From NCBI GenBank assembly GCA_004431415.1, contig QPMI01000143.1, positions 1 to 64,000 of the forward strand: a DNA stretch of 64,000 nucleotides, read 5' to 3'. The notes beneath the pieces are model-generated. The model had not been told where the DNA came from, did no database searches, and worked only from the letters and a program-made list of their open reading frames with translations. This document shows, piece after piece, positions 23,295-34,378 of this stretch. Position 1 is the stretch's first letter; the number at the start of each line of letters is the position of its first letter. A program made the translations under genes and the position numbers. Source of the DNA: Cyanophora paradoxa CCMP329. Lineage: Eukaryota; Plantae; Glaucophyta.

Positions 23295-26200
23295 TCACGG
23301 GGCGGGCTGCTGCGCGGCAGCCCCCGCGGGGCGGTACTCGACGCTGAACGAGAAGGGGGACTCGGTGGGATACTGGCCCCCGGCCGGCGAGTCGCGGCTG
23401 CGGGCGCCGGAGAGGGCCGCCGGGGCGGCGGGGAGCTCGATCGCGAGGGGCGGCGAGGGCACCGGCTCGAGCTCGAGGCGGGAGCGCGCGAGGGCCGCCG
23501 CGAGGGGTACCGCCCCGCCGTGGACGCTGTCCCCCGCGGCCTCGTACGGGGCGCGCCGGGCCGGCTCGGGGCCGCCGGCGGGGCGGGCGACGGCCAGGGA
23601 GCCGGCGGCGAGCGGCCGGGCGACGTAGTGGCCGCGCTGCGAGCCGCCCGGGCCGTGCTGGGAGGCCCCCGGCGTCGCCGGGCCGCTGCCGATGGAGGCG
23701 AGTGAGAGCGGCCCGCCGATGCCGACGCCGATGCCGTTCGGGCCGATGTGGACGGACGGCTCCGGCATGCTGAAGTCGAAGGCCGACCCCGCCGCGATGC
23801 TGTTGTCCGGCACCGGGTCGTACTCGGCCTGGGGTACGCGGTTCATGAGTGCCACGACGAGGGCGGAGGCGAGGGGGATACATGGATCGAACCTTGGTGC
23901 TGGTGCGCTCGTTGGCGCCCCTGCGGAAGGCCGATGCGCCGCCGTACTCGGGGAACCTCATCTGAACGAAACCTCTCAAAACAAAGAGCAGGCGGGGGTC
24001 GGGAGGGTACAGCGCACCGTGAGGACGACGCAGGAGCAGCCGAGGACGATGCCCCCCAGGATCGCGTACCCGTCCGGGTACGAGAATGTCTGCGCGCCGG
24101 GGGGTACGTGAGCTCCGAAGAGGAGCGCTCTTCAGAGAGTTCTATTATTAGAAGAGCGCGCCTTGAAGAGCTGGAGGAAGCACAGGGAGCCGAGGTTGCC
24201 GGCGGCGCCCACGACGCCGCTCGAGGCGCCCAGGGCCTCCCGGTTCAGCAGGGGTACACAGCCGAACGTCATCCCGCTGCTCGCTGCGGGGCAAGGCGCC
24301 TCAGGACAAAGAAAGCTCGGCCGAGGGCTCAGCCTCGGGAAGGAAAGAAAGCTCGCGTACCCTGGCAGAAGTAGGCGAAGCAGACCATGAGGATGACGGC
24401 GCCGGGGAGCCCCTTCATCCGGCTGCCGGGGTACCCGTTCGGCCCCGCGGAGGGGGGGTACGCGCGGCGTGTTGGCGGGGGTACCTGAATGCGATGAGGC
24501 AGGCGCCCTCGCACATCAGCGCGGCGAAAAGGACCTGCGGGCCGCGGGGGCAAGGTTAGACGGGGCGAGCGAGCGGGGTACGAGGGATCGGGGGGGTACC
24601 AGGATGCGGCCCTGGGGCCCGCGGGAGCGGGCGGCGCGGTCCGAGATGAGGCCCCCCGAGAGGCGCGAGAAGATGTTCATGAGGCCGTAGATGCTCCCCA
24701 CGCCCCCGGCCGCCACCTGGGGCGCGCTGGGCGTCAGGCTGGCGGGGAGCGGGCGGGGGCGGGTGGGGTCGAAGGACTAAGATTTTGCTTTTTTTTAACT
24801 ATCTCAAAGGCGGGCGCACGCGACTGAGGCCCCACTCGGCGGTGACGTAGTCGACGACTGCGGCGAAAGCTCTCAGCAAGCGAAGAATTGATCGCGAGAG
24901 GGAGTGGGGGTGCCCACTCGTCGAGTTGACTGCGCGAAAGCAGGACATTAAGCAGGAGAAAGGTCGAAGAGGGTTCGTTCGAATCAATGCGCACCCGTGA
25001 TCTCCATGCCGAAGCAGAGGACGTACACGGCGGCGAGGACGTACGTCCGGTAGTCCGTCAGCGCGATCCGCAGCGGGCTCCGCGCGGGGGCCGGGCCCTT
25101 CGGCTTCTCCTTCGCCGCCGCCCGCTGCGCGGCGCGCTGCGAGCCAAGGAGTCGTGCGCGCGTGAGGAACTACTAAGAGAGAGCGGGTGGGATGAGACGG
25201 GGCGGACGAGGGCGCGGATGGGGCCGTGGGGTGTGTCCTGGGCGAGCAGAGCGACCCCGAGGCCCGCCGCCGCGCAGAGGCCACCGGGGATCACCATCGC
25301 GTAGCTGGGGTACAGTAACGTTAGGGGGTAGGTGGGAGGGGAGGGGGTACGGGGCGGGCACCGCCAGGACTGGCCCTCCGAGAAGCCCCCGGCCACGAAG
25401 CCCGAGACGAGGAGGGGTATCAGGAGCTGGGCCACGCCGCCGCCCTGGGGGTACACCGCGATCAGAACGAGAGATTTTGAAACGAAGGGGAAGGAGCGGA
25501 AGAGGGGTACCATGTTGCCCCAGCCGCCGGCCATCGCGTTCGCCGTGCCGACGACGTTGCGCGAGAACATGAGCGACGTGTGCATCTGGGGGTACAGGTC
25601 AGGCAGGGGAGGCAGAGGCGAAAAAGAGGGGGCGGGGGTACCTGGTTGCAGACGAACGAGGCGCCGACGAGGGAGATGAAGGCGCGGCAGGCCACGAAAC
25701 CCGTGTAGGCTGGCGGGGTACAGGGTGTGAATCCAGGGTACAAGGGGGGCGGGACGGATCGGATTCGAGCTCGAGGGCGCACAGGTGGAGAGGCCGACGC
25801 AGGCGACGGGGACGGAGCAGGCGAGGAGGACGGTGGACATCGCGAGGCGGGGCCCGATGCGGTCCGCCAGGGGGCCGATGAGCACGCGCGCCAGGATCGT
25901 CACGCCCACCCCCACGCTGTTGCTGTCCGAGACCTGGAGCCGGGTTCGATTCAGATCTAGAACAGAATAGAATGAGGCGCGCGGCGGATTCGAACCTGGG
26001 CGCGGGTGAGGCCCATGTCGGCTCGGATGGTCGGCATGACGGCGGGGACAGAGAACCACGCCAGGAAAGCGGTGAAGAACGCGATCCACTCGCTGCGCTT
26101 GAAGGATCAGCGAGGGCGGGCAGCTCGCGATCGAGCGCGGCGCGTGCATAAGCGCACCAGTGGAGCTCGCGCATGTGGGGCTGCTTGAAGGACAGCAATT

Positions 26201-26457
26201 TGATCTTGGTGGCCTGCGAAGCAATTCAAACGTCGACGATTGCGAGGGACGCGCGCGCGCTCGCGCGGTCGTCGTCGCACCTTGCCCTCGGCGTCGACGG
26301 GCAGATCGAACTTGGGCGCGATGCCGACCGTCGCGGGCGGGATCCGAGCGCCTGTACCGGCCTTCGGGTTCTCTTCGTCGGCGCGCCAGTCGAGTTGGAC
26401 GACCTGTGGGGGCCCATCCGCTCCCGCGGCCGGAACGCCGGCGAGGGCAAGCGCCAT
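23295..26457 (-). CDS. NRT2: High-affinity nitrate/nitrite transporter (MFS, NNP/NRT2 family), multi-exon
   Basis: Spliced motifs include KFDLPVDAEGKATKIKLLSFKQPHMR, WIAFFTAFLAWF and ILARVLIGPLADRIGPR. The nitrate signature FSRNVVGTANAMAGGWGNMGGG is present, as are IYGLMNIFSRLSGGLISD and a second signature SGVVGAAGNLG. An alternative upstream ATG lies near 26505. Confidence 0.9.
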
Positions 26458-27228
26458 CGCCTGCCCCTGGCTCCGCCGCTCCGAAAAGCTCGAGCGGTCG
26501 ATCATGCGTTCGCCTTTCAGGTCGACTCCTGTCGTCGATGCGGGCCTTGGGGGGTTCGCACAGGGCCCGATGGGCTGCGGCCCGTCCACCATCGATATCG
26601 CGCTGATCAAGCGCTAGCTAGAACGATCTGATCTTCGAGATCGATCGATGGCGGCTGCGGGCGTGCGCTCGTGCGCGGCCGATCGGCGCCTGCTGTGATG
26701 CCTTGCAAGCGCTGAGCTGCTTGCAGCTGAGATGCGCTGCGTGCGGGTTAAACGAGCGCACGCGCCGGTCGACGTAGTAGCTGGCGCGCGTGCGGCGATC
26801 GGATCTAGGGCGCTTCGGGTGACTGTCGGCCGATCTCCCGCTGCAGCATTTCGATCATGGAGCGAGCGCTGGAAAGGGCGGAGGCAGGACATCTTTGCTT
26901 CTGTGTGATTTTGAAGCGGCGCGGGTGGGGAACGCCGGGGGGTACGAGGTTCTCATACCCACTGCAAGCTGCAGCGCGAGCCAGTTCAAACCCTCTATGT
27001 AGCCGCAAGCTCTCGCGCGCCGCACTGCGCATGCGGCAATGAATGGCAAAACAAAACCACAGCGGCGATGCGCCCCTCCCCTTCCCAGTGAGTTCCCACT
27101 GAGTCCCAAGGCCGCGGCAGGGTGCGATCTCGGTGCGAAACTTGAACTACTACAGTTGGCGTCCAATGCACTAACGCTGCAGCGCCCTGCGCCGGTGGCG
27201 GCGCCCGCGGGGCCGGGGCGCGCGGGCC

Positions 27229-30200
27229 TCACAGCGGCTTCCCCTTCTTCTTGAGCTTCTCGTAGACCTTTGCCTCGTGGGCCTGCATGCCGAGCTCGGC
27301 CATGAGCCGCTTCGTCTTCTCCTTGCGCTCCGCGTCCTCCGCCTGCATCTCCCGGTGCTTCGTCTGCGCCAGAAACGACGCGTCCTTCCGCAGCTCCCGC
27401 ACCGCCCCCTGCTGAGAAAGTCAGGGGGGTGCGGGAGGGATGGAAGACGGAGCCGGCGGGCCTTCATCTCGTTGGTGTACTGGCGCTTCATCTTCTTCTC
27501 CTCGGCGCGGTCGCGGTCCACGTCGGCCGGGCGCAGGTTCCGCCCGAACTGCTCGTCGAACTTCGGGTTGAACATCTGCGGGGGCGGGGGCGGGCGAGCC
27601 GGGGTCAGCTGGGATCGTTTGTTCTTTCACAGGGCGGGCCGGGCGGCGCTGCGGACCTTGATGGGCGCCGGCTTGCGGGCCTGCAGCCGCAGCGGCCGCC
27701 GGGCCCTCTCCGCCTCCGCCGCCTTGGCCTCGATGCGCGCCGCCAGCGCCCCGTGCGCCTCGCGCAGCGCCGCCGGCAGCGCCGCCGCGCGCGCCTGCCG
27801 CAGCGTCGCCAGCACGGGCCCGTAGACGTCGCCGTACGCCGCGTTGCCCTCCAGCAGAGCGGCGAAGCGGCCCATGAGGGCGTACGCGTTGGCGGCGGCG
27901 TTGACGCGGAACTGGTCCGAGGCGAGGAAGCCGTCGGCGGCGGGCGTGCCCAGCTCGTCGAGGCGCAGGGGCGCCGGGCTCAGCTTCGCCGCCGCCTTGC
28001 GGTCCTTGACGGCGAGGAGGTCGCCCAAGGTCGCCGCCGAGGGGCAGGCCGCGAGCGGCGGCCACCGCGGGCCCCGCGGGGGCGCCCCGGCGGCCTCGCC
28101 CGCGTCGCCCTTCTTGCGCTTGGGCCCCGCGGAGGCCGGGGCCGGGGCCGGGGAGGGGTACGCGGAGAGGAAGGAGGCGAGGCAGGCGTGGAGGAAGCCG
28201 ATCGCCTCCGGGCAGTACCGCTTCCCGGGGGCGCAGTACTGCCGGGGTACAGCGTCAAAAGGGTGGTTAGGTAAGGTCGGGGAGGGGGTACGCGCGCACG
28301 ACGTAGGCGAGGGAGCAGAGGAAGAGGGCGGCGAGGAGGTCGTGGGGGGAGCGGAGGGGGCACTGGGCGAGCCAGCGGCAGGCGAGGGAGAGGGCCGGCG
28401 TCGTCACGGGGTGCGAGAAGTCCGAGGCGGGGAAGAGGGCGGGCGGGAGCTTCAGCAGCACGAGCTGCCCGGCGTCGGGCCAGAGCGACGGCGCGGCCGT
28501 CGCCCCTTCTCCGCCGCCGCCGCCCTCCTCGAGGCCCTCGGGGAGGCCCTCGAGGAGGCCCCTGCTGGTCTCCTCGCTCCAGGCCCCCACGAGCTCGCGG
28601 AAGGCGGCGGCGGCCACCTCGGGCATCTCCTGCGTGAGCTTGTGCACGTGCCTGAAGACCGAGTCGAGCTCGGCCAGGTCCACGGGGCCCCGCCCGCCCG
28701 GCGGGCCCCCCGCCGAGCGCCCCAGCCCGATCCCCCGCACGTGCTCCAGCAGCACCCGGTAGAACACTGCGGGGGCGGGGGGCGGGGCGGGGGCGGGAAA
28801 GGCGAGGCGAGGCGTCAGGCGGGGACGGCGGCGGCGGAGAGGCAAGGGGCGTCTAAGCTTGGCGCGCGGTCAGCTGGTAGTGCATGAATAAGGTGATCGT
28901 CACTGGCAATCGGCGATCTTGGTGATGGGATGGGATCATCACACCCGCAGCGCCTAGAAGCCCTCCCCCGGCCCCGAAAGGAGAGAAGAGGCGCACCCTC
29001 CATCTTCTTGCGGTTCTCGGGGCCGAGGGCGGCGCGGTTGCAGACGATGATGCGCTCGAGAACCGTCCCGCGGTCGGCCGCCGTCTTGCCGTACAGCCGG
29101 AGCAGCTTCCTCAGCTCCTTGTACGACTTGGGGCACTCGAACACGTACGGCATCTGCGCCCCCGGCGGCTCAGGCGCCGTCTGAGCGGCGCCCGGAGCGC
29201 TCCGGGGCGGACCTCCTCGACGGGGGGCGGCGCCGCCGGCTCCTCCTCCTCCCCCTCCTCCTCCTCCTTGTCCGCGCCGGCGGGGGCGCGCAGGGTACGC
29301 CTCCTCGAGACCCACGCCTCCAGATCCTCCCCCGCCTCGTCCTCCAGGTCTACCCCCTCATCCTCCTCCCCCTCCTCCCCCTCCTCTTCGCCCTCCTCCT
29401 CGCCGCTGCCGCTGCCGCTGGCGCTCCCCTCCTCATCGCCCTCATCGCCCTCCTCCTCCTCCTCGCCGCTGCCGCTGCCGCTGCCCTCGCCCTCCTCCTC
29501 CCCCTCCTCCCCCTCCAGGGCGAAGTTGCCGTCGAGGGCGTCCGCGCTCTCGTCCTTCGGGACCTTGGCCTTCTTCTCCTTCTTCGCCTTGGCATTGGCC
29601 TTCTCGTCCTTCTTCGCCTTCTTCTTCTTGGGGCCCTCGTCCTCGTCCTCGTCCTCGTCCTCCTCGTCCTCCTCGTCCTCGGACCCGGAGCCCTCCCCGT
29701 CGTCCTCCGAGCCGCTGCTGCTGCCCTCCTGCGCCGCCTTTTCCAGCTGCGCGGGCGCCGTCAGGCTTCAGGGGTACGTCTTTCCGGGAACGAAACGGAC
29801 GCGTACCCGCTCGGCCTCGGCGGCCATCTTGGCGCGGAGGCGGCGGGCCTTGTACCCTCCGAGGGGCGCGGAGGCGGGCATGGCCTTGGCCTCGGTGTCC
29901 GAGTCCGGGTCGTAGTCGCCCCGCATGCGCCGCAGCCGCTCCCGCTGCGCGAGAGGGGCGGCGGGGCGAGGCGTCAGGCGCGGGCGGCGGCGGCGGCGGC
30001 GGAGAGGGTCCGGAGGGGCGTCTAAGCTCGGCGCGCGGTCAGCTGGTAGTGCATGAATAAAGTGATCGTCACAGGCAATCGGCGATCTTGGTGATGGGAT
30101 GGGATCATCACACCCGCGGCCCTTCGAAGTCCTCCCCCCCCCCGTCTAAAAATAGCGTGCGGACCTCGAGGCGCTCGAGGCGCTCCTTCTCCTCGCGGGC

Positions 30201-31543
30201 GACGTCCTCGGGCTTCTTCATCTTCTCCGCCGCCTGCACGCGCCGCTCCAGCCGCAGCTCCCGCACCGTCCGCTCGTAGTCGTCGTCGTCCGCCTGCTGC
30301 TTCGCCGCCGCTGTGGGGGCCGCCGCCGCCGCTGCCGCCGGTGCCGCCGCCGCCACCTTCTTCTTGTCCTCCTCGTGCGCGTGCGCCTGCTCGTGGCGGT
30401 CCTTGGGGTCCGCCCCGGCGCCGCCCCGCTTGGACGAGGACAGGAGGCCCCGGATCGAGTCGAACTCGAGGTCCAGCTTCTCCAGCAGCTCGTCCCGCTC
30501 CTCCCGTTGCTGCGCGGTCCTCAGCGGAGCGCCGGCGGCGGCGGGGGGCGGGGCGGGACGGGGCGGGGCGGGCGCGCCTTGCGCTGCTCGGCCTTGTGAT
30601 GCTTGCTCTTGGCTATGATCTCCTCCATGACCTCCTTCTTGGACTTGGTGCGGCCCTCGCCCTCGCCCTCCTCCTCGCCGCCGCCCTCCGCCTCGCCGCC
30701 CTCGCCGCCCTCCCGCTTCTTGGAAGGCACGAGCCCCCCGCCGAAGTGGAAGTCGCTAACGAAGTCGGCGCCGACTGCCGGCGCGCGTGAGTCGGTGAAG
30801 GTCAGACCCGGCCGGCCGGGCGGGGGCGCGCACCCTGGCCCTTGTCGGCGTCCTCCTCGTCCGAGAGCGGGATATCGTCCTTGAAGTCGTCGATCTCGGC
30901 GAGCGAGCGGCCTGCGCGATCGTCAGGCCGCTCCGCTCCGCTTCGCCCCGCCCCGCGCCGGCGCACCCAAGTGCGTCAGCTGCGCCCCGCCCTCCTCGTC
31001 GTCCTCCAGGTTGTACAGCGACTTCTTCGAGGCGCGCGACTACGGCCCGCCGGATCAGCCGGGGCAAACGGATGGGCTCCGCACGCGGCGCGCGAGGCGG
31101 CCGCACCTGCCGCTCGCGCTGGAAGCGCATCAGGTACTTGTCCTCCTCCGAGATCCGCTCATCGCGCTCGCCGAAGCGGCGATCGACGAACGCGTTCGAC
31201 TTGCCCTGCTGGCTGTACTCCACCAGCAACGTCGCCTTGCGCTGCGGGCCCCGGCGCGTCGGCGAGGCTCGCGATCGGCCGGGCGGGGCGCTCGCACACC
31301 GCCTCGATCGCCTTGCTGCGCGACGCCCCGCGCTCTCCCTGCTCTCCCTTGACTTTCCGGTTGACCACATCGAACTTGCGCTTGTTCACGCGCCGCTCGA
31401 AGGGGTTCACCTGCGTGGCGAGTCAGCGCCGCCCGGCTGCGCATACGGGCCGGGATCGCGGTCACCTTCTGCACCCCAGCATCCTTCTTCCCTATCGCCT
31501 TCCCCTTCGGGCCGGAGAGCCCGGTTCGTGGCTTCGCTTTCAT
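27229..31543 (-). CDS. NOP14: Nucleolar protein 14 (SSU processome), multi-exon
   Basis: Recognisable motifs are VNPFERRVNKRKFDVVNRKVKG, KSNAFVDRRFGE, LMRFQRERQ, LYNLEDDE..LTHLG, HFGGG, KSKKEVMEEIIAKSK, MPYVFECPKSY, FPASDFSHPVTTP and MFNPKFDEQF..KRQYTNEMK..RELRKDASFLA. Stop TGA at 27229-27231. Confidence 0.92.
28866..28948 (-). ncRNA. Intronic box C/D snoRNA, copy 1 (in NOP14 intron 28767-28996)
   Basis: The minus strand reads gcgggt-GTGATGA(C)-tcccatcccATCACCAAGATCg-CCGA(D')-ttgccag-TGACGA(C')-tcaccttattCATGCACTACCAg-CTGA(D)-ccgc, with a short terminal stem. The two guides are complementary to conserved LSU (GAUCUUGGUGGU) and SSU (UGGUGGUGCAUG) rRNA segments. Confidence 0.85.
30035..30117 (-). 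ncRNA. Intronic box C/D snoRNA, copy 2 (in NOP14 intron 29945-30164)
   Basis: Same boxes and guides as copy 1, with only two substitutions seen, both outside boxes and guides. Confidence 0.85.
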
Positions 31544-31645
31544 CGAATGGGGTACAGCGCCGAAGCGGCGAAAGTCGAGTGCGTGCTTTAGATCGGCCGG
31601 CTAGACCGCCAAGACACTAGCTCCGATCCGCTGGACCGCCTGGCA
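31544..31645. promoter_or_regulatory. Putative bidirectional promoter (NOP14 / hypothetical gene)
   Basis: Only 102 bp separate the divergent start codons at 31543(-) and 31646(+). No specific motif was identified. Confidence 0.4.
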
Positions 31646-32920
31646 ATGCCGGCACGGTCGCCGTTCGCCGGATGCTTCGGCGGCGACCAGCCGCCTTCGA
31701 ATTCGGCTCCTGACCGGCCAGAGTCCCCTCCGATCGCCTTTGGAGACGGGGACGGCAACGTTTATCTGCAACAGCAGCAGCCGGGGAATGGCGCCGGTGC
31801 GATGCAGGGGCTGCAGTTCGGGCCGAGCAAGTCCAGCGACGATCCCAGCAGCGCCGCCGTCTTCCTGCCCATTGATTCGGCCTTGATCTTCAAGCTCTCG
31901 CTCGAATTGCAGCGACCGTGCGCCCCCGTCGCTGCTGCAGTCAGGTCGCCCGCTGACGGTCCGCAATGTCGCAGAGGCGGCTTCCGCGTGCCCGTCTCTT
32001 TTAAGTCGGAGCCGCAGCGAAACAACGGCGGCGGCACCGGCATGTTCGCTGCCCGTCGCCACCGTCACCTCAATACGATCAAGCTGTGCGTTCTGATGAA
32101 GCGCGCCGTGGCGCCCCGCCTGACGGCCCACGCGCAGGGTCAAGGACGAGTCCTACGCGCTGAAGCTAGAGGTCTCGAACTGCTTCCTCGTGCGAAGGCG
32201 AGCGAGCGAGCGCGCTTGGAGCCCCTTGCGGCGCCAGCAGTTGATGCCCCGCGCGCGCAGCTTCGACGGCGGCCTGAAGGTCAACGGGCGCCGCCTGGAC
32301 GACGCGCGCATCTACTTCCGCGAGGGAAGCGACCGCGCCCTCATCGAGGGGCGCTGGAAGGTCCCAGGCGCGCCTCCGCCCCGCCCCGCCCCTCCCCGCC
32401 CCGCCCAGTCGCTCAACACAAGAGCGCAGAGGAGGCGGTGGCGTGCAGGCGCGGGGAGCGCGAGATGCTCGTCGTGTCAACCTCCTACACGCTCGTCTCG
32501 GGGGCGCAGGTCCCCGTCGAGATCCAGGCACGGTACCCCGGTCCAGTCGAGCTCGGTGCCCCCTGAATCTTCCCCCGGCAGCTCCAGTGCAAAATCTACG
32601 CCAGCGCGTCGCCCCAGAGCCGGTGGGGGAAGGAGTTCGCGGGGGCTACACTCTCCATGGACATCCGAACGGTGCGGCGCCGCGCGACGGCGGAGCGGAT
32701 GCAAGCGAGGCCCGATGCGAAGCTGACGGGCGGGCGGCAGGGCCGGGCGGCGGCGGAGGGCGTGCCGGCGTACCACGCGGGCACGGGGGTGCACCCGAAG
32801 CCCGTCGTACCGCCGGCCATCCGGGGGCCCCTGGCCGCCCTCTCCCTCGCCGCGAGCCGCCGCGGCAGCCTCGCCCGCGGGAGGCAACCCCGCGTCCCCG
32901 GACCCGTCCCGCCCCCTTAG
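31646..32920 (+). CDS. Hypothetical protein, multi-exon
   Basis: Coherent exon chain separated by short introns: MPARSPFAGCF..IFKLSLELQR / GGFRVPVSFKSEPQ / VKDESYALKLEVSNCFL / LMPRARSFDGGLKVNGRRLDDARIYFREG..GRWK / EMLVVSTSYTLVSG. No family was recognised. Confidence 0.55.
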
Positions 32921-33160
32921 CATTGGCTTAGGTAGTCCTTCGCTTAGGCGTACGCAGAGAGGTACAGATTGGTTTAATTTTTGAATGTAAATTGAGCTCC
33001 GATCCGGCTGCGTTCAGGCGAGAGTGCGTCGCGTAGCATATGTACAAGCTTAAGCGCCCAAGGGGGATGGGGAGAGGGGAGGGTGACGCCGCGAAAGGAG
33101 ACTGCAGCCGCGCGCCCCGCGCGCGGGTGGGCCTGGGGGAGCCACGCCGGCCCCGCGGCC

Positions 33161-34243
33161 TCACATGTAGAGGCTGTCGTAGAGCTCCTGCTGGCGCTGG
33201 CGGGCGCTCCGCCCGCCGTCGGCCGCCTCCCGCTGCTCCCGCTTCCGCTCCTCGTAGTCGTGGTCCAGCGTCGGCAACTCGTGCCGGCACAGCGGGCACG
33301 TGTTGTGCCGCTCCAGCCCTGCCCGCGGAGTCGAAGGTGAGAGGGGATGGAGAAGCAAAGGGGGGTACGCGCGCGTACACTGGATGAGGCAGTCGTCGTG
33401 GAAGACGTGCCCGCACTCCATCTTCCGCACGTCCTGCGGGAGGAAGGGGATCAGCGGGGCGGGGGGTACGAGCGCCTCAAGCCGCCGCGCCTGGTGCAGC
33501 GCGAATTCCTCCCTGGGGGGCCGGGGTCAGGGGCGCAGGCATGGGGGTGCGACAGAGGAAGGGGGTACGCCTCACCGGCAGACCGGGCACTCGTTCTGCT
33601 TCGCCTTCGTCTTGTGGCAGGCGACGGCCTCCGCCGTCTGCTCCTGGATCGCCATGCGCGACGCGGGCGGCGGGCCGCCGGGCCTGCGGCGCCCAATGTC
33701 ATGATCAGCGGGCGGGACGAAGGATGAGGAGCGGCGCGGGCGGGCGCGCCGCGAGGGTGCCATGGCCTCCATCTGCGCGATGAGCTCCTCGATGGGGCGG
33801 TCGCCCTGAGCCTGGAGCATCTCCCGCATGAGCGGCGGCAGCGCGCTGCGGCCCGCCGGGTCAGAGCTCGCGCGAGAAAGATGACCGCTCGGGCGGCGAG
33901 CGCACTCGGCGAGCGGTCCCATCGCCCGCAGCGCGTCGGCGGCACGCGGCTGCCTCGCCTGGTTCTGCTGCTGTCCCTCCTGCGCGGCCGCAGCGCCGCC
34001 AGTCGGCTGCTCGGGCCGCTCGGCGCCGCCTGCCTCCTGCTCCTCGTCGCTGTCATCCCGCCGCCGCTCCGCTTCGGGCGGCGCTGCGGCCGCTGGAGTC
34101 GCCGCTGGAGCCGCCGGGCTGGCCGCCGGCATTCCCATGGCGTGCAGGAGGGCCATCAGCGCCTCGTGCGCCCGCACGCGCTCCGCCGCCTCGCGCTCCG
34201 CGGCGCGCGGGTCGACCCCGTGGTCCTGCTCGTACGTGACCAT
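33161..34243 (-). CDS. RING-H2 E3 ubiquitin ligase, RNF181-like
   Basis: PPPAS motif followed by ECPVC..EEF..VRKMECGHVFHDDCLIQWLERHNTCPLCRHELPTLDHDYEERK..LYDSLYM*. The N-terminus MVTYEQDH resembles RNF181 starts. Confidence 0.85.
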
Positions 34244-34378
34244 GCGGATGATGCGAATAGCCCGTTTAGAGCGGGCCGCGGGCTGGAAAAGCTGCTCGTC
34301 TGAAGCCTACGCAGCCGACGTAGTCTTTTTCTTTCTGGCCGGGTACACCTACTAGACTTTGACCCGCCGGTTAGCGAG
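34244..34378. promoter_or_regulatory. Putative bidirectional promoter (RING-H2 / MFS transporter)
   Basis: 135 bp separate the divergent ATGs at 34243(-) and 34379(+). Confidence 0.4.

Noticed and set aside
29268-29915. Ser/Pro-rich 215-aa ORF on the + strand
   Set aside because: It is the antisense shadow of the acidic Glu/Asp/Gly-rich NOP14 exon.
304-31600. Numerous long overlapping Arg/Pro/Gly/Ala-rich ORFs on both strands
   Set aside because: These are expected from very high GC and scarce stop codons. Real domains switch frames at GT/GC-AG introns, so these ORFs are not independent genes.
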